A stretch of 63,363 nucleotides of DNA, the filler included, from Octopus bimaculoides (Eukaryota), in the NCBI RefSeq assembly GCF_001194135.2. It is 7 parts of 6 records of this genome, joined end to end, with 100 filler letters (N's around TTAATTAATTAA, not from the genome) between each part and the next. Parts side by side here need not be neighbours in the genome. Positions count along the whole stretch, not along the records: positions 46,073 to 56,124 come from NC_068981.1; positions 56,225 to 59,516 come from NC_068981.1; positions 59,617 to 62,049 come from NC_068986.1; positions 62,150 to 63,363 come from NW_026330130.1; 3 more parts are not named here. One strand, given 5' to 3'. The notes under the pieces were generated by a model, which was given only the letters and a program-made list of their open reading frames with translations, was not told where the DNA came from and did no database searches. Below are positions 51,080 through 63,363 of the stretch, in pieces; the stretch's first letter is position 1; each line of letters starts with the position of its first letter. The translations under genes and the position numbers were made by a program.

Positions 51080-52380
51080 GTTGGGGCACTGGTAAAATAG
51101 ACCCCTAAGTTATGTCTGTTGAAAATGTAGGAGAAGGAAACCAAATGATATTTCTGGAGTGCCACAGAAGTATCATTTGGTATGCATTTCCCGTTTCTCC
51201 CTCAACATAAAAATGTGTGCAGGTAGGTTCTCATTTAGGCTAATAGTTAACCATTTCACACGTTCACATAGATACGGACATATTGTCAACAGACATAGCC
51301 AAAGGGTCTATTTTAGTTGCGCCCCCAATAATGAGAGCATTCTAGTTAACACCTTTAGGCCACGAGCGGAGGCGGGATGCTCATTGAAGAACTACAACAA
51401 ATGCCCAGAAGGAGGCTGTTAAGAAGCCAAGGTAGTCGTTTATGCGGCTGTGGTGATATCCGGCCCAAGTACCAGCAGAAACAGCGGTAGCTTTCCTAAT
51501 TACTACTACTTTAGCAGCAATGACTGTACCAATAACGACAGCGCCAACCCAAACAAAATAGCAGCAGCACCATCGCCAGCAACAACAGTAACTGCAACAT
51601 CCCGAACAGAAATATCAGCGCTGCAATCGTCAGTATTATTACTAAAAACGGCAACGGTAATACCCACCACGATAACAGCTCCAACAAACACCAACGACTA
51701 GGGCCATAAGTACACCAACAACAGCAATACCACCGATAATATCACCCACACCAGTATTAGCATCACCGATGCCAGCAAAAAAATTCAACATCAGGTTTAC
51801 GGATGCCAATATCAACGCCAGCGTCAACATCAACATCACCATCATCCATACACAGAAATACATCGGATGTTCCGGTAGTTTGGTCAAGTAGCGGCTCTCC
51901 AACCACAGATCCTCATTCAGGATCACGAAAATGAGATACACTACGGCCTTAGCCAGCTATGTTTGGCGGCAGAAGGACGACGGATCTCCACATGTAATAT
52001 CATGGGAGATCCTAGAAAATCCAGTCCGCTACATAAGTGGGACCAAGCATTGTAAACTATGCGTAGCCGACCGGACGTGGATATCAAAAGACTTCCTCAC
52101 CCAGGGGAACATTCTTCACTCCAAGATGGAGTCTTCAGTCCCTGCGTACACTTCCGAAAATTCATGTTGGCGTCCTGGGATCTTCACGATTGTATGGTCA
52201 ATTACAAGTAGGAGATAACATCCCCTGTTGCTAACATTGCAATAACGAGGAATTTTCCTCCTCCGTTCTCTAGAGAGATTACTTGCTAGAGTGGCCTTAG
52301 ACCCAAGGTCTGAAAAAACGCTGTGAAGCTAAGCGTGTTATGTACGTGAAACACACGGTAAGATCATAGATCAGCCATAT
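51080..52380 (+). mobile_element. Penelope-like element 3' part (RT C-terminus plus GIY-YIG), different family from the adjacent minus copy
   Basis: RFSLNIKMCAGRF..HFTRSHRY..YFSCAPN; TALASYVWRQKD..SWEILE..HCKLCVAD. Confidence 0.8.
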
Positions 52381-52445
52381 TTGTCTTTATCTATCTATGT
52401 ATATACATACATACATGCACATTGCATACATATATACACACATGT

Positions 52446-52495
<50 letters not shown>

Positions 52496-52619
52496 ACATA
52501 AGAAATAATATTTCCATACACACAGGTATATATTTACACAAGCATACACACGTTTGTATATATGCACTTCTTCATCAGAAACAATCGAACAATCGAGAAA
52601 TAATAAATGATACATAGTT

Positions 52620-52828
52620 CTTTCTACTATTGGTACAGGCCTGAAATTTGGGGGAGAGGAATTGTCGACTATATCTGCCCCAGTGTTTCACTGGTACTTA
52701 ATTTCTCGATCCCGAAATAATGACAGGCAAATATTCCTCGATGGAATTTGAACTCAGGATGTAGCGAGAGGAGAAACACCACAAATACTTCGTCCAACGT
52801 GCTAACGATTCTGCCAGCTCGTCGCCTT
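52620..52828 (-). mobile_element. SINE family C copy
   Basis: GGCGACGAGCTGGCAGAATCGTTAGCAC head on minus. Confidence 0.8.
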
Positions 52829-52981
52829 CATAAAAGATAAATATTACATAATTAGAAGACATATCAATTATGAATGGAAGAGACAAAAGAATGAGAAAAA
52901 GAAAACGTACGGATTAATAATTTTATTACTTTATATTATATAATTTTACCATTAATGAGATGAATATAATAAATAATTACT

Positions 52982-53079
52982 AACTTTGAAGCACAGAGTA
53001 ATTACTTTCAATTAAACTTTGAAGCACAGAGTAATTACTTTCAATTAAACTTTGAAGCACAGAGTAATACCTTTCAATT
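52982..53079. repeat. 33-bp minisatellite x3
   Basis: AACTTTGAAGCACAGAGTAATTACTTTCAATTA repeated three times, last unit with one change. Confidence 0.9.
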
Positions 53080-53479
53080 AATTCGTACAATTTTATTCCC
53101 GCCACCGTCAAGGAAAATATAAGCAGAGGTTTTATAGAGGGTATATAATCATTACATAACTGTCTTGAAGTATGTGAAATTATGTATGATATCATGTAAG
53201 AATCCTAACTTTAGTTCTATGTTTTCTTAGTTACGTTGTTAATTACAAATCTCTTATAATTCAGCACAAATATACGCCCAAAATTATATTTGAGAATGGT
53301 GATGCTTTTCTTATAATAATCCAGATATTATTTAACTGAATTCTCTTGATCTTTAGTTCTCATATTTCTTACTAGTGATGTAATACAAGCTCTATCGTGA
53401 TTCCCAACAGTATAAGATAACTGAATCCTACAAATAGATATATAATACATACATACAGACAAAGAAACAAGCAGGCAGA

Positions 53480-54170
53480 CAATCAGATAGACAGCAACGC
53501 AATTCGGAGCAGTTAGTGACATCCATTTCGATAACAAAAACCTGTCCATGTGTTTACACCAGCTACGGATTTCAGATCTGTAATTCTACAGCAGTGAAAT
53601 TGTTGACTCTAAGAAGAATATGACATCATTATGCTACACATAAGTTTCATTTCTTAGATCCATTAACACATGGCTTGGATTTCTCCACGAGTCTTCACTT
53701 AATTTTATGTGCTGTGGAGCTGGTCTTGAAATTCCATACGTGGCTAGCAGACTTAGTTGCATTAATTTTGTCGAAATATCGGAAAGAAGTTAGGTGGTTT
53801 ACATAACTTTTTTTGAAATCACCTTCACGTAACCCAGTGTAATTCGTATTTGACATACTTTCTGTCATTTTGTTGTGCACCAACTGCATTTGATGGAGCT
53901 TCTGCATCCATGCAGGACGGGTATCTTAGTTTTCTGGATTTCGTTCCATTATTCTCGTTCCAGTTTTCGCTTCATTCCTCTTCAGGTTCTTTTCTCATTT
54001 TTGTTTTATTTTCTCACAGACAAGTGTCCATGCTTTTTAAATACATCAAAATCATAGTCAAAACACGGCAGATTGCTTGGAGATACATGGTGTATTTTAT
54101 AAATGGGCCTAGTTAACGTATTGTAAAAGCTTGAGAATATTGGTAGCTCTTTCGGTTTATAATTAAATTG
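53480..54170 (-). mobile_element. Penelope-like GIY-YIG fragment
   Basis: YTGLREGDFKKSYVNHLTSFRYFDKINATKSASHVWNFK...KK*NLCVA. Confidence 0.75.
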
Positions 54171-54250
54171 ATATTTGTCTCTCACTGGAGGAAGATATTC
54201 TTTTTTGTTGAATCTATGTATATTTGATCTATCCATCCATCCATCCATCC

Positions 54251-54307
<57 letters not shown>

Positions 54308-54308
54308 G

Positions 54309-54346
<38 letters not shown>

Positions 54347-54574
54347 ATCTATCTACCTATCTATCTATCTATCTCTCTATATATCTATCTATCTATTTGT
54401 CTGATTGTATGTTTATCTATCCACCCATCCACCCATCTACCTTCCTGCTTACCTACCTACCTACCTACTTACCTACCTACTATTTACCAACCTATGTATG
54501 TATCTATCCACACACACAAGCACACACACACACACACACGCACGCACACACACACATACACACACACGCACGCA

Positions 54575-54619
<45 letters not shown>

Positions 54620-54620
<1 letters not shown>

Positions 54621-55590
54621 AAATAATCTTTTGCCGTGATAAACGGTCCGAATACTTCACATACTTCTGTATTTAAGACTGTTTTCTTCATCTTCAAAAG
54701 CTCAAAATGCTTAAATAAGTGATTATCAGTAAGAGAGATGTTAGGGGAATAGGGAGGATGTTGCAAAATCTCAGGATTCGGGCTTTGCAACGTTTGAACC
54801 ATAGCTTGATGAGGGTGAGGACGTAGGTTGTCGGGGAGCAAAATTGGGCCATCTCTATTAACTAATCTGGGCTGATTCTTTTTCAGATTCGCATGCATAC
54901 AATCAATTTCCTGGCAATACAATGTTGCTGTTACCTCTTTTGCTTGTTGCAAAATGAATAATGAGTTACCCACTTCGCAGACCACCATACAGTGACCACT
55001 AACGTATTGTACAATTGTAGGTTTGGGTAGTGATTAGGTGAATGTCCTGCATCTAATCACTGTCCTGTTCTCCTGATGTTGTCAAAGAGTATCCATTTCT
55101 CATCTCAAGTAATGATTTGATGCAAAAGTTGTCTTTTTGCAGTCAAGAAAGCTATAAGGAGCACACTTCGTGGCGTCTGTTTTTTTTTTCTTCTTTTTAA
55201 TCTAGTTCAGTTGATGTGAAACAAACCTATCTGCTTTCTTAACTTTTCTAATGTTTTACATGTGTCCAAAAACACCCGTGCGAGATGTTTGAAGTTCTAA
55301 TGAAAGTTTTCTTATCTTTGTTCTGAGATTTTGTTCAACCAATGTATTTAGAATAACTGATTTTGGCCTACCACTTGGTTTATTTTCAAGTCTATCATCT
55401 CCTGATCTGGACCTTTGGAACCATCTCTAAACAGTTCTGATGTCAGCAAAACCATTTCCAAAGGCCCGCTTGATATTCCGTAGAGCTTCTGCGGATGATT
55501 GACCCAGTTTGTACTCATACGAGAAAGTCACTCAAAATAGTTTGCTTATCATTTTCATAAGGTTTGTGGGTACGAATTTTGCATACCAAT
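54620..55590 (-). mobile_element. Mariner (DD34D) transposase pseudogene, nearly complete
   Basis: YEYKLGQSSAEALRNIKRAFG (HTH), QIIT*DEKWILFDN, and PILLPDNLRPH..HPPYSPNISLTD with 34 residues between the last two Asp. Confidence 0.85.
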
Positions 55591-55789
55591 ATTGCAGGGA
55601 AAGAAAAAGAATCAAGATTAAATGCAAGGTATATATAATTGAGTTTTTAAATGAATGAAATAACAAGTAATTAAAAATGCGAGTGAGTAGGCCTAGTTTT
55701 CAGCCAGTGGCAGAAGACTAGCCACAAGCTTGAATCTCTGAATACCAAGGATTCTGAATCAAACTCTTTTGTCTGTCTATCTATCAAAG

Positions 55790-55867
<78 letters not shown>

Positions 55868-56799
55868 CTATATATATATGTATATAAATTAAAAGGGTAA
55901 AGGAATTATCAATTTATTAATTAATAAATCAATTAATAATTAATAATGTTTACCAAGCCCAACGGTATGAAAGCACCATTATTGGTGGAGAACTTATTCA
56001 AAAAAAGTTCATATATTTATAAATATAATTAAGGGATCAGCAAAATATTTGCTTCACCATATACCGAAGTTCAGAAAAATAGCAGCTAAAAAAGCTGAGA
56101 ATCTCACAGATAGCATCACTTGTANNNNNNNNNNNNNNNNNNNNNNNNNNNNNNNNNNNNNNNNNNNNTTAATTAATTAANNNNNNNNNNNNNNNNNNNN
56201 NNNNNNNNNNNNNNNNNNNNNNNNGTAATACGGGTGACTAGGCTATAGCCATCACTGCCAGATATTTTGAGCATTTCTGCAGTGATATTAAATGAGTATT
56301 GAATGCATTCTTCAGAGGGCCAGTATTTGTTTAGAAAAACTGGCAACAGTTTGACAATTCTGTGAGTTGGCCAATGTTATTAAGAATTAGTTAAAGGTTC
56401 AAAATCCTAAAATTCATAAGGTGTTAAGTATTTTAGTTTCACATTGCTATTACCTGTTTGGGAAGGCCAACATAAGCCATAAGGCACTATTCTTTTCTGT
56501 CTAAATGAAGCAATCATTTCTAATAACATTACCTCATTGGACAATTCATATTTTAGATGGTTTGTTACTTTGCCAAAAAGATAAACCAGTTTCTAAGCTT
56601 TTTTGCCTCTATCACATTCAATACTATTATACTTACCTTTTTTCTTTCTCTCACTTCACTACAAACTATTCATATTGATATCTAACCTATTAATCTAACC
56701 TCACTTGCTGCATTATATTATTTAACATTGTCTGCCTGTAAAAGCTATAGGGAAGTTCTACTTTCATTCTTCAAAGTGCTGCCAGATCTTTTATTTATT

Positions 56800-57260
56800 T
56801 TTTTTTTTACTTGTTTTTAGTCATTGGACTGTGACCATGCTGGGGCAACACCTTGAAAGGTTGAAGTTGAATAAATCAACCCCAGCATTTAAGTTTTTTT
56901 TTTTAACCTGGTACTTAGTCTATTGATCTCTATATGTGATGAGTGGTCCAGATGTGTTCTTCTGAATGGGAAATTATATCCTTCAAAGCTAAACATTTTT
57001 CTCATGGAAGACTGGACACAAACAACCTTACTTGTGGTGTTGATGATGATGATGCTCATTTACAACTATCACATGATGTCTAGTCAAGGCTACACTCACT
57101 TGCATGCATGCACACACACACAAATGGGCTTCTTTCAGTTTCCATCTACCAAACCAAATTCACACATAAGGGTTGGGTGGGTTCAGGGCTATTTTAGAGG
57201 ACACTTACCATACCATAAAGACTGAACAGAAGACTACAACATTGGGATACACGCTTCTTT
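56800..57260 (-). mobile_element. Old SINE family A copy
   Basis: Reverse match to the family A tail and head. Confidence 0.65.
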
Positions 57261-57699
57261 ATCATCCAGTTATGCATGTGTGTGTCTCTGTGTGTGTGCA
57301 CGTGCGTGCGTACACACACACGCACGTTATTTTGTTATTATTAGTATTGGCTGTTTGGCACATCTAAACTGTAAAGTGGTAAATTGTCATAATTATTAAG
57401 TGTTGGATAGAATGCCTTTTGGTATTAGCTTCAACTCTCTACCCTCTGAGGTCAACTTTGTCTTTCAAATTGTCAATGTTGATGAAAAAAGTATCATTCG
57501 AAGGTAATGGAATGGTAGAATTGTTAGAAGGTCAGAAGAAATGTCTTGTGATTATGATAGCAATGCCTGCAGCAACACTGTTGTCCCTAATGTAGTGGCT
57601 TTTACCTTGGACAACATAAGTGGTGGGGAGAGGGGCGATTTGCATGTATTGGCTATTGTCTGTCTTTCACAGAAGTACTTGCTGAGGCCTGTAACATCA

Positions 57700-59516
57700 T
57701 CGTCATTATTATCATCATTTTTATATGTCCATCTTCCATTTTGGCATGGATTGAATGGTTTATGAGGATCCGATGTGTCAGGACTGTAATTGTGTTCTAT
57801 GTCTGCTTAGGCATGGTTTCTATGACTGGATGTCCTTCTTAATACGAACCACCTTAAAATGTGTTCTGAGTGACTTTTTTTTTTCTGGCACTGGTGCTAG
57901 TGAGGTCACTATACAGCCTGCAAGGCTAAGATCCCCTTTAACTGATTTGGGTTGCATTAAAAAGAGAGGAGGCTTTATGCTATGAGATGTGGGGTTGAAG
58001 TATGAGAGCAGGGTCTATAACAGAACAGGTTTCTTGCTGTAGAGGAGGAACATGGCTATTCACATTATAGAATATAGGGTGAAAGTAACCAGAGCAGTGC
58101 TGGAAAAATAGATAAAAGAGTGGAGATGAGGTGTCAGGTGAATGTTTAAGATACGAGGGATTAGAAGTGAGTGGGGGCAAGAGAACAGGAAGTGACGATA
58201 GGAAAGGGTTGCAAAGATATGGGAAAGTGAGAGATGATTAAAAAGAGAAAATGCATGAGGGATGAATATAACGAAGAACAAGTGCTAAGGGATGATAAGT
58301 AGGAAATGTATGGACGAGTAGGTAACAATGTAGAAGTTGTGTAGGATTGAGTGGTGGTTGTAGTGACTGGTGGACATAAAGTGACCAATGATACATGAAG
58401 TAGGGAGGGTAAGAGTTGCCTGATAGTGCAGAAATGGGTGAATATTGACAGAATAGCAATAATGATATAGTAGAAGGATATAGGGGAAGGATGAAAAAGA
58501 GAGCATGTGCAGAAAGGGGTAAAGAGCAACAGAAAAGGGACCAGAACAAAACAGGTCTCTAGCTGTTGAGGAACAATATAGCTACTCTTACTAAAGAAGA
58601 GAGAGTGGAAGATACTGGGGTGGAGCTGGAAAAGAGATAAAATAGTAGTGATGAGGTGTCATGGTGGATGCTCAGAATATGAGAAAAGAAGTGGGGACAG
58701 AACAAGAAGTACCAGTAGGTTGTTGTAAAAGTGTATAGGGAAAAGGAGGGATGATTAGAGAAGATTAATGGGTGAGTAGGTGAATATAGTGAATGAAGAA
58801 CAAGTATTGAGGTATGATAATATATGTTGGAGTGTAGTTAGGGAACAGTAGGTGATGACTGATAGTACAGAAAGGGGCAAAGAGTATCAGAATAGTAATA
58901 ATGATACTAGGGAAGGTTGAGAGAAGAGAGATGATGCATGGTCGTAGGTCGCAAAAGTATGAGGGCAGAGGCAGACATAATGCATAAGGTGAGTAAGAGA
59001 TGTATGCTGGTGGAGGAGGAGAGGTAATTTAGTAGCACAAAAAGGGGATCAATGTAAAATGTGGGTGGAGAGCAACATTATTAAGAATATTGGACAGATG
59101 GCAACTGAAATGGTTCTGGGTTGTGAGAAAGAGAAGTGGTAACAGAGAAATAGATGATTATGATAGTACCAGGGTAGATAAAGCAATTAAGAGTATGAAG
59201 ACCGGGAAAGCCCCCGGCCCATCAGGAATCACTGCAGAGATGCTCAAAATATCTGGCAGTGTTGGCTATAGCTTAGTCACCCGTATTACGAACCAGGTGA
59301 TACACGAAGGAGTCATACCCAATGACTGGTGTAGCAGCATCATAGTCAACTGCTACAAAGGTAAAGGTGACGCTTTAGATACAAATAATTACAGAGGCAT
59401 CAAGCTGTTAGATCAGGTTATGAAAGTTACAGAGAGGGTCATAGCCCAACTAATTAGGGAGCGAATCAATTTAGATGAGATGCAGTTTGGGTTCGTGCCA
59501 GGTAAAAGCACTACTG
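57700..59516 (+). mobile_element. RTE-clade LINE: RT N-terminal fragment (59160-59516, +), purine-rich spacer, and an RTE 3' tail in minus orientation (57700-57905)
   Basis: KAIKSMKTGKAPGPSGITAEMLK..DWCSSIIVNCYKGKGD..NYRGIKLL..QFGFVPGKSTT (RT domains 0-2), uninterrupted until the linker. Confidence 0.85.
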
Positions 59517-59616
59517 NNNNNNNNNNNNNNNNNNNNNNNNNNNNNNNNNNNNNNNNNNNNTTAATTAATTAANNNNNNNNNNNNNNNNNNNNNNNNNNNN
59601 NNNNNNNNNNNNNNNN

Positions 59617-59670
<54 letters not shown>

Positions 59671-60164
59671 GACACACTCATGCAAACAGACACATATCTG
59701 TATCTATTTTGGGTTGTTGAACCTATGACGATTTCTCTTACGTCATGACCATAAAGTAAAACCGCAATATAGGAATATAGGAATATAGGAATATATGAAA
59801 CATTATTCATGACAAATACATTGGGTTATTTGATCCGTTTCTCTCTTTCATTATATAATATTTGATTCAAGCTGTTGAGGCTTCCTCACATTTCCTTCAT
59901 CTCAGAAAGCTATGCACAGCAAATGTTTACGGAAAATAACTACAGATAGCGTGCTGAAGATCTACGGTTATGACTGTTGGGAGTCATGGGTAAATATCTG
60001 AATAACAGAATACTTTTAAATTCTCACATTTCTGCTGAATCGTACTGATTCATTTAAGAGAGAGGGGTTTACGTGGAGTTCTTCTGTTACTGTTTTGTAT
60101 TCCAGCGATATTTCTTCCTCTTTTATATTAACCAATACCCATTTTCTGTCTGTCTGCCTAACTA

Positions 60165-60400
60165 TCTGTCTTCGTCTGCCTGTCTCTCTGTGTGTCTCTG
60201 TCTCTCTGTTTGTCTGTCTCTCTGTGTGTCTGTCTCTCTGTGTGTCTGTCTCTCTGTGTGTCTGTCTCTCTGTGTGTCTGTCTCTCTGTGTGTCTGTTTC
60301 TGTGTTTGTCTGTCTCTCTGTGTGTCTGTCTCTCTGTGTGTCTGTCTCTCTGTCTTTCTGTCTGTATGTCAGTCTCACTCTCTCTTTTCCTCTCTCTTCT

Positions 60401-60448
<48 letters not shown>

Positions 60449-60450
60449 CC
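60165..60450. repeat. (TCTGTCTCTCTGTGTG)n 16-bp tandem plus (CT)n
   Basis: Directly visible. Confidence 0.9.
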
Positions 60451-61057
60451 TCTTGCAAACGCACACGTATATGAATGTTTATATATGTCGACATATATTT
60501 TCATACTATACTCATAGATTAACATCTATACATATCGATATATGTAGAGGGAATATTCAGGATTCCGATCCCTATATACGATGATGCTATTCGTAGAATA
60601 CTACTCACATGATCAAGAAGATCTGACCATTCACGACTTCGCCTAGAAATGGTTCTTACAGCAATACCATCTTTTCGCACCTTTTTCTATGAGACTATCA
60701 AACGTTATAAATTCAGCACACCTTAACTACTTAAGAGAGACTACTAATAGACATCATAGAAGACGCTCAATGGCGATTGTGGGCAGCAGCTAATGCAATA
60801 AGAATCGGCTACAGCAGCAAAACGACCAGCTGCAAAATTTTGACTGATGCAACAATTACATCAAGATCAATAACTTGTAAACTCTCTCGACGTTTTGTAG
60901 TTTTTAGTAACAACATTTGTTCATTCTTTACGGGAAGACTAAAAATGTTGCTTGTCAAAAATGACAACTGATTTCGTCGTCTTCTTTGTACACATACATT
61001 CATGTATGTATGTGTACAAAGAACACGACGAAATACACGTATGTTTGTATGTATGTA

Positions 61058-61088
<31 letters not shown>

Positions 61089-61736
61089 ATTCATAAGGTT
61101 TATGTAGTAGGTCGATTATAATTGAACAATACTTTATCGGTCCCAGGATAATTCAAATCACAGTTGATGTTGCTTTGATATGAAATTCGAAAGTAATGAG
61201 CTGTAATTACCACAGAATCTACCGACTAGAAAACGTGAAGCAAATCTTATCCTTTTGATACCAACCCATTCGAGACCGCCCTTGGTGCTATGATACAGAC
61301 TTGGTTTGTAAAAAAGAACTAAATTAAAACCGTCAATAAAGCTTTGATGTTAATTTATGTTCAAAACACAAGCTTAATTATGACAGTTATTTTACTAAAG
61401 TTTTTATTATTTTGAAAATTAATGGAAACAAGGTCAGAGTATTTCAACAGAAATACTGTAACAAAAGGTGTTAAGGGAAATGAAATATTTACGACAAAGT
61501 AAGATGAGAGTTTGTCACATGAAAACAAAGAAAGCAATATGATGCTCTCGACAAAATGGTCATAAATTTATATCTCACTTAAATGATGGCAAAAATATTG
61601 TCTAATATACATAAATGAGAAAGAGATATACAGCAACTAAAAGACTGATGTTAGGGTCTGATTTCAGAGTCTACCAATACGGACATCTTTATATATGTGT
61701 ATCTATAGATATGTGTATATATAAGTATTTCAATAC

Positions 61737-61779
<43 letters not shown>

Positions 61780-62452
61780 CATAAAAAAAACAAAAAAAAA
61801 CAAAAAAAACAATGTTCTGTTATAAACAAAACCCCCCAAAACACATGTTTTATCTAAATAAGCAGGATCTCTGTATTTTCACAGAATTATATTTGACAAG
61901 TTCGAAAGACGAACGAAAGCGCTAAAATATGTATAAAATAAATGAAAGAAGTTATTCCAAAATTCTGACGACTTTTTTTTCAATATTCAATTCTGTACAT
62001 CACACCTAACACTCTACACATATATACATATATATATATATATATATATNNNNNNNNNNNNNNNNNNNNNNNNNNNNNNNNNNNNNNNNNNNNTTAATTA
62101 ATTAANNNNNNNNNNNNNNNNNNNNNNNNNNNNNNNNNNNNNNNNNNNNTATATATATATACATATATATATACATACATATATATATATATATATTAAG
62201 CTCAGTGTTTCATGTGTATTACTTGACAAAAACCTGTCAATATTTGAATTAAAAATGCCATGTATTGAGTACGTTTTTAAAATTTTTCGTTTGTAAATTA
62301 AAACGTGTACGCATTTGTGTGTGTGTGTGTAATATATATATGTGTATATATCTATCTATCTATCTGTCTATATATATATGTATATAATCAAAGCACAAGT
62401 GTAGAGGAGGACATAGCGTGCTTAGATGTTGTCAAATTTTTCCCCCCCAAAC

Positions 62453-62490
62453 ATGGCGACCGACGGGCACCTAGCAACTCCGGAGGGTGG
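62453..62490 (+). CDS. Possible first coding exon (MATDGHLATPEG)
   Basis: AAACATGGCG start context, locally CpG-rich, GTCAGT donor at 62491. No homology. Confidence 0.2.
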
Positions 62491-62719
62491 GTCAGTCTCT
62501 CTCTCTCTCTCTCTAACACTCTCATTCTTTACTACTACTTCTCGTTTCTATATCCTGCTTATTTCTTTCCTGTCTCTCTCTCTCTCTCTCTCTTCCTCCC
62601 TTCTCTTCTCTCTGAATTATGATACCATCACCATCAACACAACCTGCAGACACACACATCACTGTTGATATTTGTCTCGCACTTTAATTGTGCTTTGGGT
62701 ATCTCTTTTTTTCCCTATC

Positions 62720-62950
62720 TTTCCCTCAATGTATATGTGGGTATCTATCTATCTATCTATATATCCATATCTATCTATCTATCTATCTATCCATATCTAT
62801 CTATCTATCTATCTATCTATCCATATCTATCTATCTATCCTTCAATGTATATGTGGGTATCTATGACCTATCTATTTATCTATCTAGCTATCTATCTATC
62901 TATCTTTCCTTCAATGTATATGTGGGTATCTATGGCCTATCTATCTATCG
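62720..62950. repeat. (TATC)n array punctuated by three copies of TCAATGTATATGTGGGTATCTAT
   Basis: Directly visible higher-order repeat. Confidence 0.85.
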
Positions 62951-63363
62951 TGTGTGTACAATGCAGTCTAGAACTTTGTAGGTTATATGATACATATATG
63001 AAATCTTGTGTATACGTGTTTATATGGTGTCTGTGCGTGCGTGCGTGCGTGTAACGTGGTACTTTGTATCTAATGGAATCTGCTTGTTTTGTTTGTATGT
63101 ATGTAGAATGTGCGTGTGTATACGTCTGTGTACATACACATTCCATTATATCTGGTGGAGGCGATGGTTTAGAAAGAGTTGAAGTAAAACACATTCCTCT
63201 GAGGTTACACTATCTACATGTCTGTGTGTGTGTGGAGAGCTTAACTTTAGATTATCTCTGTGACATGCTTTTATGTTTTTTTGTTTTCAAGCTCATTAAG
63301 CAAGTACTGTCATTGAGGTATACGTAAGATCGCCATATATATATATATATATATTATATATAT

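Noticed and set aside
52295-52365. Possible hammerhead at the end of the plus-strand PLE (CTGTGAAG...GTGAAAC)
   Set aside because: Core incomplete and stems cannot be drawn convincingly.
56615-56680. Minus-strand GTAAGT donor with a 22-nt purine-rich micro-exon
   Set aside because: Weak acceptor and no supporting neighbouring exons.
60016-60140. IKEEEISLEYKTVTEELHVNP peptide
   Set aside because: Fused to a microsatellite-derived ORF, with no zinc-finger array or acceptor to support it.

Overview
Repeat-saturated, AT-rich eukaryotic draft-assembly DNA, most likely octopus or another coleoid cephalopod. That call is inferred from the tRNA-derived SINE families, the extreme microsatellite load and the TE repertoire. 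It is not prokaryotic and contains no CRISPR array, operon or rRNA. Nearly all listed ORFs are microsatellite artefacts. The recognisable content is decayed mobile DNA: at least four tRNA-SINE families (some copies with target-site duplications), five Penelope-like (PLE) fragments, R4/Dong-type RLE LINE fragments abutting (TAA)n, RTE LINE pieces, a Helitron Rep-helicase remnant, a DD37D maT element, several mariner remnants and many MITEs/hairpins. Four minimal hammerhead-ribozyme-like motifs with different catalytic cores occur. One sits at the end of what looks like a tRNA-headed SINE-like unit, which is the most novel-looking signal. No host gene can be named. The best candidate is a phase-compatible two-exon model on the minus strand at 33588-33448 and 32253-32161. 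Six identical N44-TTAATTAATTAA-N44 spacers are artificial joins, so adjacency across them is not evidence.
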